Source: Phaeosaccion multiseriatum (Eukaryota > Protista > Ochrophyta, other classes). From it: a DNA stretch of 64,000 nucleotides. A model generated the notes under the pieces. It was given only the letters and a program-made list of their open reading frames with translations. It had not been told where the DNA came from and made no database searches. The stretch spans positions 1,240,001-1,304,000 of the forward strand of contig OZ218958.1 in the NCBI GenBank assembly GCA_965112735.1, in the 5' to 3' direction. Made by a program: the position numbers and the translations under genes. Positions 50,872-63,810 of the stretch are shown here, piece after piece. Positions within the stretch are counted from its first letter, which is position 1. Each line of letters starts with the position of its first letter.

Positions 50872-51096
50872 CTCGGCCCCTGACATGCTTCTGAGACAGG
50901 CCAGCCCAGAAGCAGGAAGCAGGCCGGCTGGCGCCGGTCAGAAGCATGGCCCTCATCATTGCCTTATTACATGGCTTTCCCCCAGAACCTGGAACCTGCT
51001 TGGCCGGCTGGCGCCGGCCAGAAGCAGGAAGCAGGCCGGTTGGCGCCGGCCAGAAGCAGGAAGCAGGGTCGCCTCAGAAGCATGTCAGGGGCCGAG
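50872..51096. mobile_element. Small TIR element (MITE-like), 225 bp
   Basis: 24-bp inverted repeat CTCGGCCCCTGACATGCTTCTGAG (50872-50895) / CTCAGAAGCATGTCAGGGGCCGAG (51073-51096). Internal CCAGAAGCAGGAAGCAGG repeats. Partial relatives at 50630-50720 and 21865-22019. Confidence 0.7.
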
Positions 51097-51283
51097 TAAT
51101 CCTCTTCTCTCCTCCTCCTCCTCGCGGCCGGCCGAGGGCGCAGCCAGCCCGAAGGGCCACCTTGTATAGCTAGCTAATTATACAATTTATAGCAGACTTG
51201 AGACTTGACGGAACCTCGCCTCCGCACAGCTTCCAAACAACGTCAGAAGGGCTCCTCAAAAGTTTTTTTTCGAAGCTTCTTCT

Positions 51284-51498
51284 TACTCAGCGGCCAGGGG
51301 CGGAAGTCACAGATGCACACCGTATCACCATCGTTTTTGTCACTGTAGAATTGCGTACCCCTGGGTGAAGGGTCGGGACTCAGCGGGCAGGCCCGAAAAT
51401 GTGCGGAGCCCAAAAAAACATGGCCCGTACTCTCGAGCAGTACTCAGCGGCCAGGGGCGGAGGTCACAGATGCACACCGTATCACCACCGTTTTGTCC
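51284..51498. repeat. About 58-bp imperfect direct repeat, two copies
   Basis: TACTCAGCGGCCAGGGG(G)CGGA(A/G)GTCACAGATGCACACCGTATCACCA(T/C)CGTTTT at about 51284 and 51441. Confidence 0.8.
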
Positions 51499-52134
51499 AT
51501 GTTGCAAGAAGTTCAAATTTTATTGCGATCTGGATTTTTTTGACCCCCCCCCCGCCCCCCCCCCTTCCCTGCCACACCTGCGGCAGAGGAGAGGAAGGCA
51601 GGAGATAACAGCGTCAGGAAAGAGGACGAAGAAGAAACAAAATGGTACGAAGATGTGGAAAGGAAAGGTTGGGTGAGTCGTGGTGGTGCAACAAGTCAAG
51701 CAAGAATGGAAAATGCGGGGAGACGTCATGAGAAGGAGCCGAGGCCCGCGCATTTGCGATTTCCGGACGGTCTTTTCTGGGCAATTGATAGGAGCTGTCT
51801 GTGCTGACAGCAAGAGCTGTTTCATGACTCCTTGTTATACAAGCAGCCAACGCGCCCTCTTCTCATTCCGTCCCTCTCCTTGTAGCCACTCCCCTGCTTC
51901 CTTCTAGGGGGGAGGCCACCGCGTTCAAGTTGTCCGTGGCCTCTGGCACTGACCTGACCTAGCCACGCTCTCACCACCGTTACTAGTACCATGCATGGCA
52001 AGGCCCTTTCGAGGTCCTGAAGGTTCTTCTCTGTCTGGCGAGTCTACTGACCTTCTTGAATCCCTCTCCCTTTCCCTGCTGTTCCTGCCCCGCCCACTCC
52101 CTTCATCTACCACGTCTCCGGCCCTTTGAACAAT

Positions 52135-55100
52135 ATGAAGCCATCTTGTTGGCGGGGGGGGCTGCCGCTGGCGCTGTTGGCACTCATCGGAGAGCACTTT
52201 CTTCACGTCCGAGGCCAAACAGGTTAGTAGAAGGTTTGCTCGACATGCTCCTTCCTCAACCCAAGTGAGCGAATAGGCAAGTGGACGCTATGACTGTAGT
52301 CGTCGCTTGCCCGAGTTTCCTTCTGGGCTGGTGTTCGTGATTCCTTACCACACCCTCCCCACTTTTGCTTGTCCATCTGGCGCGCAACTAGACTTGAGCA
52401 CTGCGTGTACGGGGTCATACGACTCCAACACGAAGACATGCACGTGCGCCTCTCCTTCTGACCAAGTGACCTGTGCCGGCGATACTTGCCAGGTGCGTGC
52501 ACAGGCCCATACCCCCCTTCTCACTAGCGATCCCTGGGCCCTGCTGACCGCTCCTTGTTGACTCGCTGTGTCCTCCATCCCGACTCTTGACTTGTTGTCT
52601 GCTGATGCATTCTAAGTGCTGGTGCTCAGTGAGTCTTCGCAAACAGCTGTACGTGAGTTAAGTGAAGCCCTCTGACGCCCGTCTCCTTGCCTCTTGCTGG
52701 TGCTACCTCTGCCTTGCCGTTGGCACCTGCTGCGCCTTTCTACACTGTCCGGCCGGGCTCTTCGCTGCTCTTGTTGGGTATCGCGCATGGGGGTCGGACC
52801 ATTTCCTCCACGCGTACCCGCGTGTCTCTTCCTCGCCTCCACAGGGCATCACCTTCATTGTAAGTGCTTGACTTGCATCATCTTTGTTGTGGCAAGCACT
52901 CTCCTTGGCATTTGTTGGGTGTTAGCCTGCCCGAAAAGACCCACCAAAATCCTAACACCCTACTGCTGCCCTTTGCTTGTTGTCTTGCTGTGCTCATCTC
53001 TATCATCGTATGCGGCTGCTGGCTCCCACGCCTTCGACCCATCTCGCTCGCTTCTGCTCACCTGTCATGAAGGATTGCGCCGTGACGTGTGCCGGCTTTG
53101 AAGTCTGCCAAGTGAGTAACGAAGTGTATTGGAGCAGCTGCTGCCCGCTCATCAGTTTGTCCAGCTCCAGCCAGCTCTCTCGCTGCCTGTCCGATTGGAT
53201 TGTGTGTCGTACCCTCCTGTGGCGCAGGTGCAGGGCAGGGCCCACACGTTAAGCCCTCCCCCCCTCTCCTAATGTCCCCCCTGAGCCCCTCTGCTGCCCT
53301 GCCGTATGCCCTCTTTTCACGCCTGTACTCACCACGCTCTCCTACTAAAACCATGCTCTCCCCCCTGCTCCCCTCAAACCATAGGAGGCCACGTTCGAAG
53401 GCGAATCGAGCGCAGCATGCTCTTCGCAGGAATCATGTCGTGTGAGTGTTCAGCCAATCCATAGGCTACCCGCTCTCCCACCCTGGCCGACTCCTTAAGC
53501 CTTGCCGTACTCATGACTGTCGTTGCACGCGTGGCGACGCACACCTCAAGCCTCCCCCCCCCCGCTGACCTCCTCTCTTGGCCCTCTGCTGCTTCCTGCT
53601 CTCTCCTCTCGTCCACACCCACCCTGCTCCCCTCGAACTATAGAGGGCCATGTTCGGAGGCGAATCGAGAGCAGCATGCTCCGGATTTAACTCATGTGTT
53701 GTGAGTGATCAGCTGACCAATATCCGCTCCTGCTGGCTGCCTGGCCGGCTCCTTAAGCCTTGCCTTGCTTACTCTGACCTTCCGCTGCACGCATGACGGC
53801 GCACGCCTCGAGCCTTCACCCTCTGCTGACCTTTCCTCTGTGCCCTTCTGCTGTGGTTCCTGCTCTGTTCTCTCGTCCACACCCCACCCTGCTCTCCCCT
53901 CGAACTATAGAGGGCCACGTTCGAAGGCGAATCGAGCGCAGTATGCTCTGGAGATATACTATCATGTCAGGTCTGTACGCAGTCACAGCCCAAGTCCGCG
54001 GTGCACGGCTGAGCGAATGTGTGTCTTACTCCTCTTACCGGACCGCTGCACGGCCCATTTCTCTCACTCTGCTTGGCTCCTCGGCTGACCTCCCTCCCCC
54101 CTGTGCCTCTCTTCTTGGCTTCCTGCTCTCTCAATTCAAAACACAGCTTGCCGCGTTTAAGGGAAAGTCTGTCGCTATGTGCAACGTGGACAGAAGCTGC
54201 CTTAATATCCAGGTGTGTGTGTCTGACGAGCGGCCAGCAAAGGCACTGGGACTGGGCCAGCCCATGCAAGGGGACGGTAGAGGAGACAGTGCGTGTACAT
54301 ACTGTGATGTACCACGTGGTGAGATGACGAATGACAACCCGCACCTCTCTCGCACGCTCTCTCACTGTGACCAACAGACACCAGATGGTGTTGACGATGA
54401 TGGTACACCATACACGTCATGCTGCACTGGCGACTTTTGGTGAGTGGTAATGGATGGCAAAGCGCACTTGAGGGGTGCATTTTCTCCCCGGCCCAGCCAA
54501 GGCGTTGAGGAGCTCTACGCAGGGCATTTCGCTTTTGCTCCGCCGCACACAATCCCACTTCTTCCTCCCCCCCCTTACCCCTGTCTTTGTGCGTTGATAC
54601 TCTCGCGAGGCCGTACGGTTGTGAACTTCCCTTTCACGGTGAACACCGCCCATGCGACTTATCTTCAAAACCGATAGCCCCACCACGGACGGGGTAGAGG
54701 TCAGAGTATGTGAAGGTAAGAGCGAATTGAAGTGAACCTCGTCGCTCCCACACTTTGCTGCTTTTCAAGTAGCGCTCGGATTCTTTACTCGTTACCGTCC
54801 ACTCTTTGGCCTCCAGTCTGACAGAAATATTTCTCTCGTACGCTTGTCTTGCGTGTACCACTCGGTCGGTCGCCCCCCGCCCTCCTGCCATTGCGTGCGC
54901 TTCGTGCGGCGGTGAAGGCCCTCCTGATGCAGACACGGACGGGGACGGCGTTTTTGACAATCTCGACAAGTGAGTGCTTCCAGTCCTATGCATGTTGGAC
55001 CGTCGCGTGCGTGTGGATGTGCTGCATGGCCTGGGTGTGGCCTGCCCCGCAGCAGCGCCATGTCTCTTTGGCCTGCATCAGTCCCTGCTTGTTATGTTCG

Positions 55101-58100
55101 CCTCCGTCGTGCGTGAGTGCTTGCGTATGCACCCCACGGGCGCGCTTCTCTCTGTCTGGTGTTAAGTTTTGGCGTACCTGGTCAATCCCCCCACTGCTTC
55201 ACTTCAAAGAATTCCTGATTGCCGTGTCACTTTTCGGTATTAGTAGGAGACCGGGCCATGCTCACATACTCCTTCCCTCTCCACCCTCTCCACGCTTTCC
55301 TGGGCACAGCTGCCCTGAGCAAAGTAACACTGGCCAGGAGGATGCCGATAATGACGGAGTAGGAGACGCCTGCGACATGTAAGGAGTCGGGCTTTATAAA
55401 AGTGTGTGTATGGCATGTGCGTAATTTTCCGGGTTTACTCTTTCTTGTCACTGGTGTTGGCTGAATGCCTCCCACTGCTCCACTTGAAATGCAAGTGCTG
55501 GACCGCTGCTGATTGCCGTATCACTGCGTTGGTATTAGTAGGAGACCGACCGGCCCATGCTCACAGACTTGTGTCCTTGCCCCATCCCTACCCCCCCATT
55601 CCTCCCTCTCCACGCTTTTCTCGGCACAGCTGCCCTCAGATAGCCAACCCCCTGCAGATTGAAGTTGAAGGGTGGGACGCGTGTTCAGGTGAGAGAGGGG
55701 CTGACCTGTGATTACGCGGCTGGAAGGGAAACTTGCAAGGAGGGGTAGGCCACCTCCGGAGGCGCTTTGCCATTTGCTGAGCTCGGCCTTGCGGGTGGGC
55801 AAGCTAAGCTTCTCCACCTCGTTGCGTGTGACACTCCGTGGTCTGATGATACTCTTTGCTGCTCTGCTGAGTTTCCTTCTGGGCTGGTGTTCGTGATTCC
55901 TCACCACGCACCCTCCCCACTTTTGCGTGTCCATCTGGCGCGCAACTAGACTTGAGCACTGCGTGTACGGGGTCATACGACGCCAGCACGAAGACATGCA
56001 CGTGCGCCTCTCCTTCTGACCAAGTGACCTGTGCCGGCGATACTTGCCAGGTGCGTGTGCAGGCCGATGTCCCCCGACTTCTCTCCAGCGATCCGTGGGC
56101 CCTGCAGACCACCTCCTTGTTGACGCGCTGCGTCCTCCATCCCGACTCTTGACTTGTTGTCTGCTGATGCGTTCTAACTGCTGGTGCTCAGTGAGTCTTC
56201 GCAAACAGCTGTACGTGAGTTAAGTGAAGCCCTCTGACGCCCGTCTCCTTGCCTCTTGCTGGTGCTACCTCTGCCTTGCCGTTGGCACATGCTGCGCCTT
56301 TCTACACTGTCCGGCCGGGCTCTTTGCTGCTCTTGTTGGGTATCGCGCATGGGGGTCGGACCATGTCCTCCACGCGTACCCGCGTGTCTCTTCCTCGCCT
56401 CCACAGGGCATCACCTTCATTGTAAGTGCTTGAATTGCATCATCTTTGTTGTGGCAAGCACTCTCCTTGGCATTTGTTGGGTGTTAGCCTGCCCGAAAAG
56501 ACCCAGCCACCAAAATCCTAACACCCTACTGCTGCCCTTTGTTTGTTGTCTTGCTGTGCTCATCTCTATCATCGTATGCGGCTGCTGGCTCCCACGCCTT
56601 CGACCCATCTCGCTCGCTTCTGCTCACCTGTCATGAAGGGTTGCGCCGTGAATTGTCCCAACGACTACTTCTGCAGAGTGAGTAGGAAAGTGCCTTGGAG
56701 CAGCTGCTGCCCGCTCATCAGTCGGTCCAGCTCCAGCCAGCTCTCTCGCTGCCTGTCCGATTGGATTGTGTTTCGTAGCCTCCTGTGGCGCAGGTGCAGG
56801 GCAGGGCCCACACGTTAAGCCATCGCCCCCTCTCCTAATGTCCCCCCTGAGCCCCTCTGCTGCCCTGCCGTATGCCCTCTTTTCACGCCTGGACTCACCA
56901 CGCTCTCCTACTAAAATCATGCTCTCCCCCCCCCTGCTCCTCTCAAACCACAGGACGTCACGTTCGAAGGCAAATCGAGCGCAGCATGCTCTGCAGCTAA
57001 CTCATGTCGTGTGAGTGATCAGCTGACCAATATCCGCTCCTGCTGCCTGGCCGGCTCCTTAAGCCTTGCCTTGCTTACTCTGACCTTCCGCTGCACGCAT
57101 GACGGCGCACACCTCGAGCCTTCACCCTCTGCTGACCTCTTCTCTGTGCCCTTCTGCTGTGGTTCCTGCTCTGTTCTCTCGTCCACACCCCACCCTGCTC
57201 TCCCCTCAAACCACAGGACGCTACGTTCAAAGGCGAATCGACCACAGCATGCTCTGCAGCTAACTCATGTCGTGTGAGTGATCAGCTGACCAATATCCGC
57301 TCCTGCTGCCTGGCCGGCTCCTTAAGCCTTGCCTTGCTCACTTGTGACTTTCCGCTGCCCGCGTGGCGACGCACACCTCAAGCCCCCCCCCCCCCCGCTG
57401 ACTTCCTCTCTTGGTCCTCTACTGCTTCCTGCTCTCTTCTCTCGTCCACACCCACCCTGCTCCCCTCGAACCATAGGCCACGTTTGAAAGCAAATCGAGC
57501 GCAGCATGCTATGGGTCTTTCTCATGCGAGGCGAGTGTTCAGCCAATTCATACCCGCTCTCCTACCCTGGCCGGTTTCTTGAGCGAGTCTTGCCGTACTC
57601 GTGACTTCCGTTGCACGCGTGACGACGCACACCTCAAGCCTACTCCCCCCCCGCTGACCTCCTCTCTTGGCCCTCTACTGCTTCCTGCTCTCTTCTCTCG
57701 TCCATACCCCCCCTGCTCCCCTCAAACCACAGGAGGCCACGTTCGAAGGCGAATCGAGAGCAGCATGCTCCGGATTTAACTCATGTCTTGTGAGTGATCA
57801 GCTGACCACTATCCGCTCCTGCTGCCTGGCCGGCTCCTTAAGCCTTGCCTTGCTTACTCGTGACCTTCCGCTGCACGCATGACGGCGCACGCCTCGAGCC
57901 TTCACCCTCTGCTGACCTCTTCTCTGTGCCCTGCTGTTGTGGTTCCTGCTCTGTTCTCTCGTCCACACCCCACCCTGCTCCCCTCGAACTATAGTATGCC
58001 ACGTTCGAAGGCGAATCGAGCGCAGTATGCTCTGGAGATATATCATGTCAGGTCTGTACGCAGTCACAGCCCAAGTCCGCGGTGCACGGCTGAGCGAATG

Positions 58101-59714
58101 TGTGTCTTACTCCTCTTACCGGACCGCTGCACGGCCCATTTCTCTCACTCTGCTTGGCTCCTCGGCTGACCTCGCTCCCCCCTGTGCCTCTCTTCTTGGC
58201 TTCCTGCTCTCTCAATTCAAAACCAGCTTGCCGCGTTTAAGGAAAAGTCTGTCGCTACGTGCAACGTGGACAGAAGCTGCCTTAATATCCAGGTGTGTGT
58301 GTCTGACGAGCGGCCAGCAAAGGCACTGGGACTGGGCCAGCCCATGCAAGGGGACGGTAGAGGAGACAGTGCGTGTACATACTGTGATGTACCACGTGGT
58401 GAGATGACGAATGACAACCCGCACCTCTCTCGCACGCTCTCTCACTGTGGCCAACAGACACCAGATGCTGTTGACGATGATGGTACACCATACACGTCAT
58501 GCTGCACTGGCGACTTTTGGTGAGTGGTAATGGCAGGCAAAGCGCACTTGGGGGGTGCATTTTCTCCCCGGCCCAGCCAAGGCGTTGAGGAGCTCTACGC
58601 AGGGCATTTCGCTTTTGCTCCGCCGCACACAATCCCACTTCTTCCTCCCCCCCCTTACCCCTGTCTTTGTGCGTTGATACTCCCGCGATGCCGTACGGTT
58701 GTGAACTTCCCTTTCACGGTGAACACCGCCCATGCGACTTATCTTCAAAACCGATAGCCCCACCACGGACCTTAACGGGGTAGAGGTCAGAGTATGTGAA
58801 GGTAAGAGCGAATTGAAGTGTAGGAAGGACCTCGTCGCTCCCACACTTTGCTGCTTTTCAAGTAGCGCTCGGATTCTTCACTCGTTACCGTCCACTCTTT
58901 GGCCTCCAGTCTGACAGAAATATTTCTCTCGTACGCTTGTCTTGCGTGTACCACTCGGTCGGTCCCCACCCCCTCCTGCCGTGGCGTGCGCTTCGTGCGG
59001 CGGTGACGGCCCTCCTGATGCAGACAACGACAATGACGGCGTTGCTGACCGTTTCGACAAGTGAGTGATTTCATACCCATGCATGTTGGACCGTCGTGTG
59101 CGTGTGGATGTGTTGCGTGGCCTGGGTGTGGCCTGCCCCCCAGCAGCGCATCTCTCTCTCAATGGCCTGCATCAGTCCCTGCTTGTTGCTTTTGCCCTTG
59201 TCGTGCATGTGCGCGTATGCACCCCAAGGGCGCGCTTCTCTCTGTCTCTGGTGTTTGGTTTTGGCGGGGCTAGTCAATCTCCTCACTGCTTCACTTGAAG
59301 TACAGGTGCTGGACCGCTCGCTGATTGCCGTGTCACCTTGAGGAGACTGGCTGGGCCATGCTCACAGACTTGTGTCCTTGCCTTATCCCTACCCCTTCAT
59401 CCCTTACTCTCCACGCTTTACTCTGCACAGCTGCCCTCAGATAGCCAACCCCTCCAGGAGGATGTCGATGACGACGGAGTAGGAGACGGCTGTGACAAGT
59501 AAGAAGTCAGGCTTTACAAAGAGTGTGTATGACATGTGTGTACTTCCCCCTGGGTTTACTCTGTCTGGTCATTTGTGTTGTTGGCTCAAAACCCCCCCAC
59601 TACTTCACTTCAAATGAAAGCCCTGCATCGTTCGCTTATCGCCGTGTCACTTTGTTGGCATTGGGAGACCGGGCCATGCTCACAGACGTGGGAGGGCACC
59701 TGCCTGTGTGTGTG

Positions 59715-59760
<46 letters not shown>

Positions 59761-62700
59761 TGTAAGCTGCGTGCGTGCCCCCTTCCATGCGCTGCCTCTC
59801 TTTGTACGGCAGCCTGCGGTAGCCTGTGCTTGTCGAGGTTGCCTGTTTATGCAGGCGTGCGATTTGGCTCCCTCCTGTGTGCAGCCAAGTGGCACCTCAG
59901 GCGTGTACCTTCCTTCCTTCTGCGGAGGAGGCCCCCCTCACCACACATGTGCTCCCTTCTCTTCTCTCCGGCTTCCTTGCAGCTGTCCCTCTGTGCCCAA
60001 CGCGGATCAAACTGACTTGAACGGCTGTGAAGGTGAGGAAAGGGGGGGGGCAGGGAAGGAGGGGGTGCAGACCGAAAGAGCAACAAGCAAGCCGGAGGGG
60101 AGGAGGGTTGGGGGAGACGCGAAACAGGGGGTGCTTCCAATAGAACATGCGAGTCCTTTTGGTGATCTGGACCTATGGCATGACTGTGGGGCAAAGGTGT
60201 GTTTCTTGCTCGGTCCTGGTCCATCCACTTGTAGCTCGCTGGCACATTGACTCCACACCCTCCCTGTTCCTATGCTTGTGGCCTCTCTTTTTTGTGTTCT
60301 GCTCTCTCTTACTGCTTGTCGCCCATTCGGCGCGCCGCCAGCATTGAGCTCTGCGTGCACGGAGTCATACGTTGTTTCAACCACGGACGAAGGTTCGACA
60401 AGAACGTGCACGTGCGCCTCTACTTCTGACCAAGTGACCTGTGCCGGCGATACTTGCAAGGTGCGTGTGCAGGCCGATGTCCCCCGACTTCTCACCAGCG
60501 ATGGATGGGCCCTGCAGACCACCTCCTTGTTGACTCGCTGCGTCCTCCATCCCGGCTCTTGACTTGTTGTCTGCTGATGCATTCTAAGTGCTGGTGCTCA
60601 GTGAGTCTTCGCAAACAGCTGTACGTGAGTTAAGTGAAGCCCTCTGACGCCCGTCTTCTTGCCTCTTGCTGGTGCTACCTCTGCCTTGCCGTTGGCACCT
60701 GCTGCGCCTTTCTACACTGTCCGGCCGGGCTCTTCGCTGCTCTTGTTGGGTATCGCGCATGGGGGTCGGACCATTTCCTCCACGCGTACCCGCGTGTCTC
60801 TTCCTCGCCTCCACAGGGCATCACCTTCATTGTAAGTGCTTGAATTGCATCATCTTTGTTGTGGCAAGCACTCTCCTTGGCATTTGTTGGGTGTTAACCT
60901 GCTCGTACAGACCCACCAAAATCCTAACACCCTACTGCTGGCCTTTGCTTGTTTTCGTGCTGTGCTCGTATCTGCCATCGCGTGCGGCTGCTGGCTTCCA
61001 CGCCTTCAACCCACCTCGCTCGGTTCTGCTCACCTGTCATGAAGAGTTGCGCCGTGGAGTGCGCCGACCCACAAGTCTGCAGAGTGAGTAGGGGAGTGCC
61101 TTGGAGCAGCTGCTGCCCGCTCATCAGTCGGTCCAGCTCCCACTCTCTCGCCGCCTGTCCGGTGGGATTTTGTGTCACACCCTCCTGTGGCACAGGTGCA
61201 GGGCAGGGTCCACGCGTTAAGCCCTCCCCCCTCCCTCCTGATGTCCCCCCTGTGCCCCTCTGCTGTTCTGTCTCCTGCCCTCTTTTCACGCCTGTACTCG
61301 CCCTGCTCTCCTACGGACCTACGGAAACCATAGGGTGCCAAGTTTGGTGGCACCTCAACTGCCACCTGCTCTGCCAGGCGATCTTGTGTGGTGAGTGACC
61401 ATCATCCCAAGTCGCCTCTCGCTACCTGGGCGTTCCCACACGTTTGGCAGCCAGGCCTTCCCCCCTTCTCCTGACCCTTCCCTTGGCTGTGCCCGTCTGC
61501 TGCCCTGCCCCGTGTTTTCTTCCTCTCGTTGATACCCACCCTGTTGCACACAGTTGGCCAAGTTCGAAAGCGATTCCAGGGCTGTCTGCTCCAGGCCGTA
61601 CTCATGTCAGGTGAGGTCTCACCTGGCCCAAGTCCGATCGGCCTCTGTGCCTAGCCACTCTGTGTCTTTCTCTTGTTGATCGCTACGCGACTCACACCGC
61701 ACGACCCCTAAGTCCTGCCTCACTCCTGACCTCCCACCTGTGCTCCTCTGCTGACCTCCTCCCCTCTTCTCTCTGTACCACCCCTCGAACCAGAATACCG
61801 AGTTTTTCGGCACTTCGATCGCAGACTGCTCCGAGACGAATTCCTGTCGCGTGAGTCTCAAGTCCGCTCACGTTGCCTGGCTGATGCTGTCGCTTGCTCC
61901 TGTCGCACCGCCGCCGAACGGCCGATACCTCAAGCCTTGCTCCTCTCCTGAACTTCCCTCCGTGCCCCCCGGCCTCCTTCTTTGTGTCGTCGACACCCGT
62001 CCTGCTCCACACAGGGTGCTGATCTATTTGACGCTTCCACCGCCACTTGCGACATTTTTGATAGCTGCGAGCTGCTCAAGGTGCGTTTGGCGGACAAGAG
62101 ACCAGCGAAGGCACAGGACCAGCTTATGCAAGGGGAAGTAGAGGAGACACGCTTGTCCCCTTCGGTGATGTGATAGCTAAGATGTACACTTGGGGATGTG
62201 GTGACTTACCATCCGCACCTCGCTCTCTCGCACGCTCTCTCACTGTGGCCAACAGACACCAGCTGCTGACGGGGATGGTACACCATACACGTCATGCTGC
62301 ACTGGCGACTTTTGGTGAGTGGTAATGGCAAGCAAAGCGCACTTGGGGGGTGCATTTTCTCCCCGGCCCAGCCAAGGCGTTGAGGAGCTCTACGCAGGGC
62401 AATTCGCTTTTGCTCCGCCGCACACAATCCCACTCCTTCCTCCCCGCCCCTTGCCCCTCTCTTTGTGCGTTGATACTCCCGTGTTGCCGTACGGTTGTGA
62501 ACTCCCCTTTCACGGTGAACACCGGCCATGCAACCATCTTCAAAACCGATAGCCCCCCCACCACCAACGGGGTGGAAGTCAGAGTATGTGAAGGTAAGAG
62601 CGAATTGAAGTGAACCTCGTCGCTCCCACACTCTGCTGCTTTTCAAGTAGCGCTCGGATTCTTTACTCGTTACCGTCCACTCTTTGGCCTCCAGTCTGAC

Positions 62701-63767
62701 AGAAATATTTCTCTCGTACGCTTGTCTTGCGTGTACCACTCGGTCGGTCCCCACCCCCTCCTGCCGTGGCGTGCGCTTCGTGCGGCGGTGACGGCCCTCC
62801 TGATGCAGACACGGACGGGGACGGCGTTGTTGACCATCTCGACAAGTGAGTGCTTCCAGTCCTATGCATGTTGGACCGTCGTGTGCGTGTGGATGTGCTG
62901 CGTGGCCTGGGTGTGGCCTGCCCCCCAGCAGCGCATCTCTCTCTCAATGGCCTGCATCAGTCCCTGCTTGTTGCTTTTGTCCTTGTCGTGCATGTGTGCG
63001 TATGCACCCTGTGTGTGTGTGTGTGTGTGCGTGTGTGTGTGTGTGTTTGTGCGTGTGTGTGCGTGTGTGTATGTGTGTCTGCGTGTGCGTGTGTGTGCGT
63101 GTGTGTATGTGTGTGTGAGAAGTCAGGTTTCACAGCTGTGTATGTCCGCCCCCCCGTGTTTTTCTCTGTCTTGTCACTGGTGTTGGCTGAATGCCTCCCA
63201 CTGCTCCACTTGAAATGCAAGTGCTGGACCGTTCGCTGATTGCCGTGTCACCTTGTCGGTATTAGTAGGAGACCGGGTCATGCTCACAGACTTGTGTCCT
63301 TCCCGCTTCCCTTCCCCTTCATCCCTCCCTCTTCACGCTTTGCTGCACAGCTGCCCTCAGATAGCCAACCCCCTGCAGATTGAAGTTGAAGGGGGGGACG
63401 CGTGTCAAGGTGAGAGAGGGGCTGACCTGTGATTACGCGGCTGGAAGGGAAACTTGCAAGGAGGGGTAGGCCACCTCCGGAGGCGCTTTGCCATTTGCTG
63501 AGCTCGGCCCTGCGGGTGGGCAAGCTAAGCTTCTCCACCTTATTGCGTGTGACACTCCGTGGTCTGATCATGATACTCTTTGCTGCTCTGCTGGTCGGCG
63601 GCGCGATGTGCTTCTCACCCCCATAACTTGCCATCATGGTCATGCCGCTGGGTCGTGTGCTGCCTTCTCATTCAGACACCGACGGAGACGGGATTGTGGA
63701 CACGGAGGACAAGTGAGTGGACGTGGGAGGGCACCTGTATATAGATGTATATGAGTATGTGTGTGTA

Positions 63768-63810
<43 letters not shown>

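Noticed and set aside
52662-53245. Repeated ORFs in the track (MKPSDARLL..., [10 protein letters not shown]..., MEARKRHAG...) present in three copies
   Set aside because: They recur only because the introns are duplicated. Indels between copies break them, whereas the micro-exon frame is preserved.
53340-58050. Regularly spaced repeats with variable inserts resembling a CRISPR array
   Set aside because: The period is about 260 bp, the variable parts are spliceable exons with AG/GT borders, there are no cas genes, and the context is eukaryotic.
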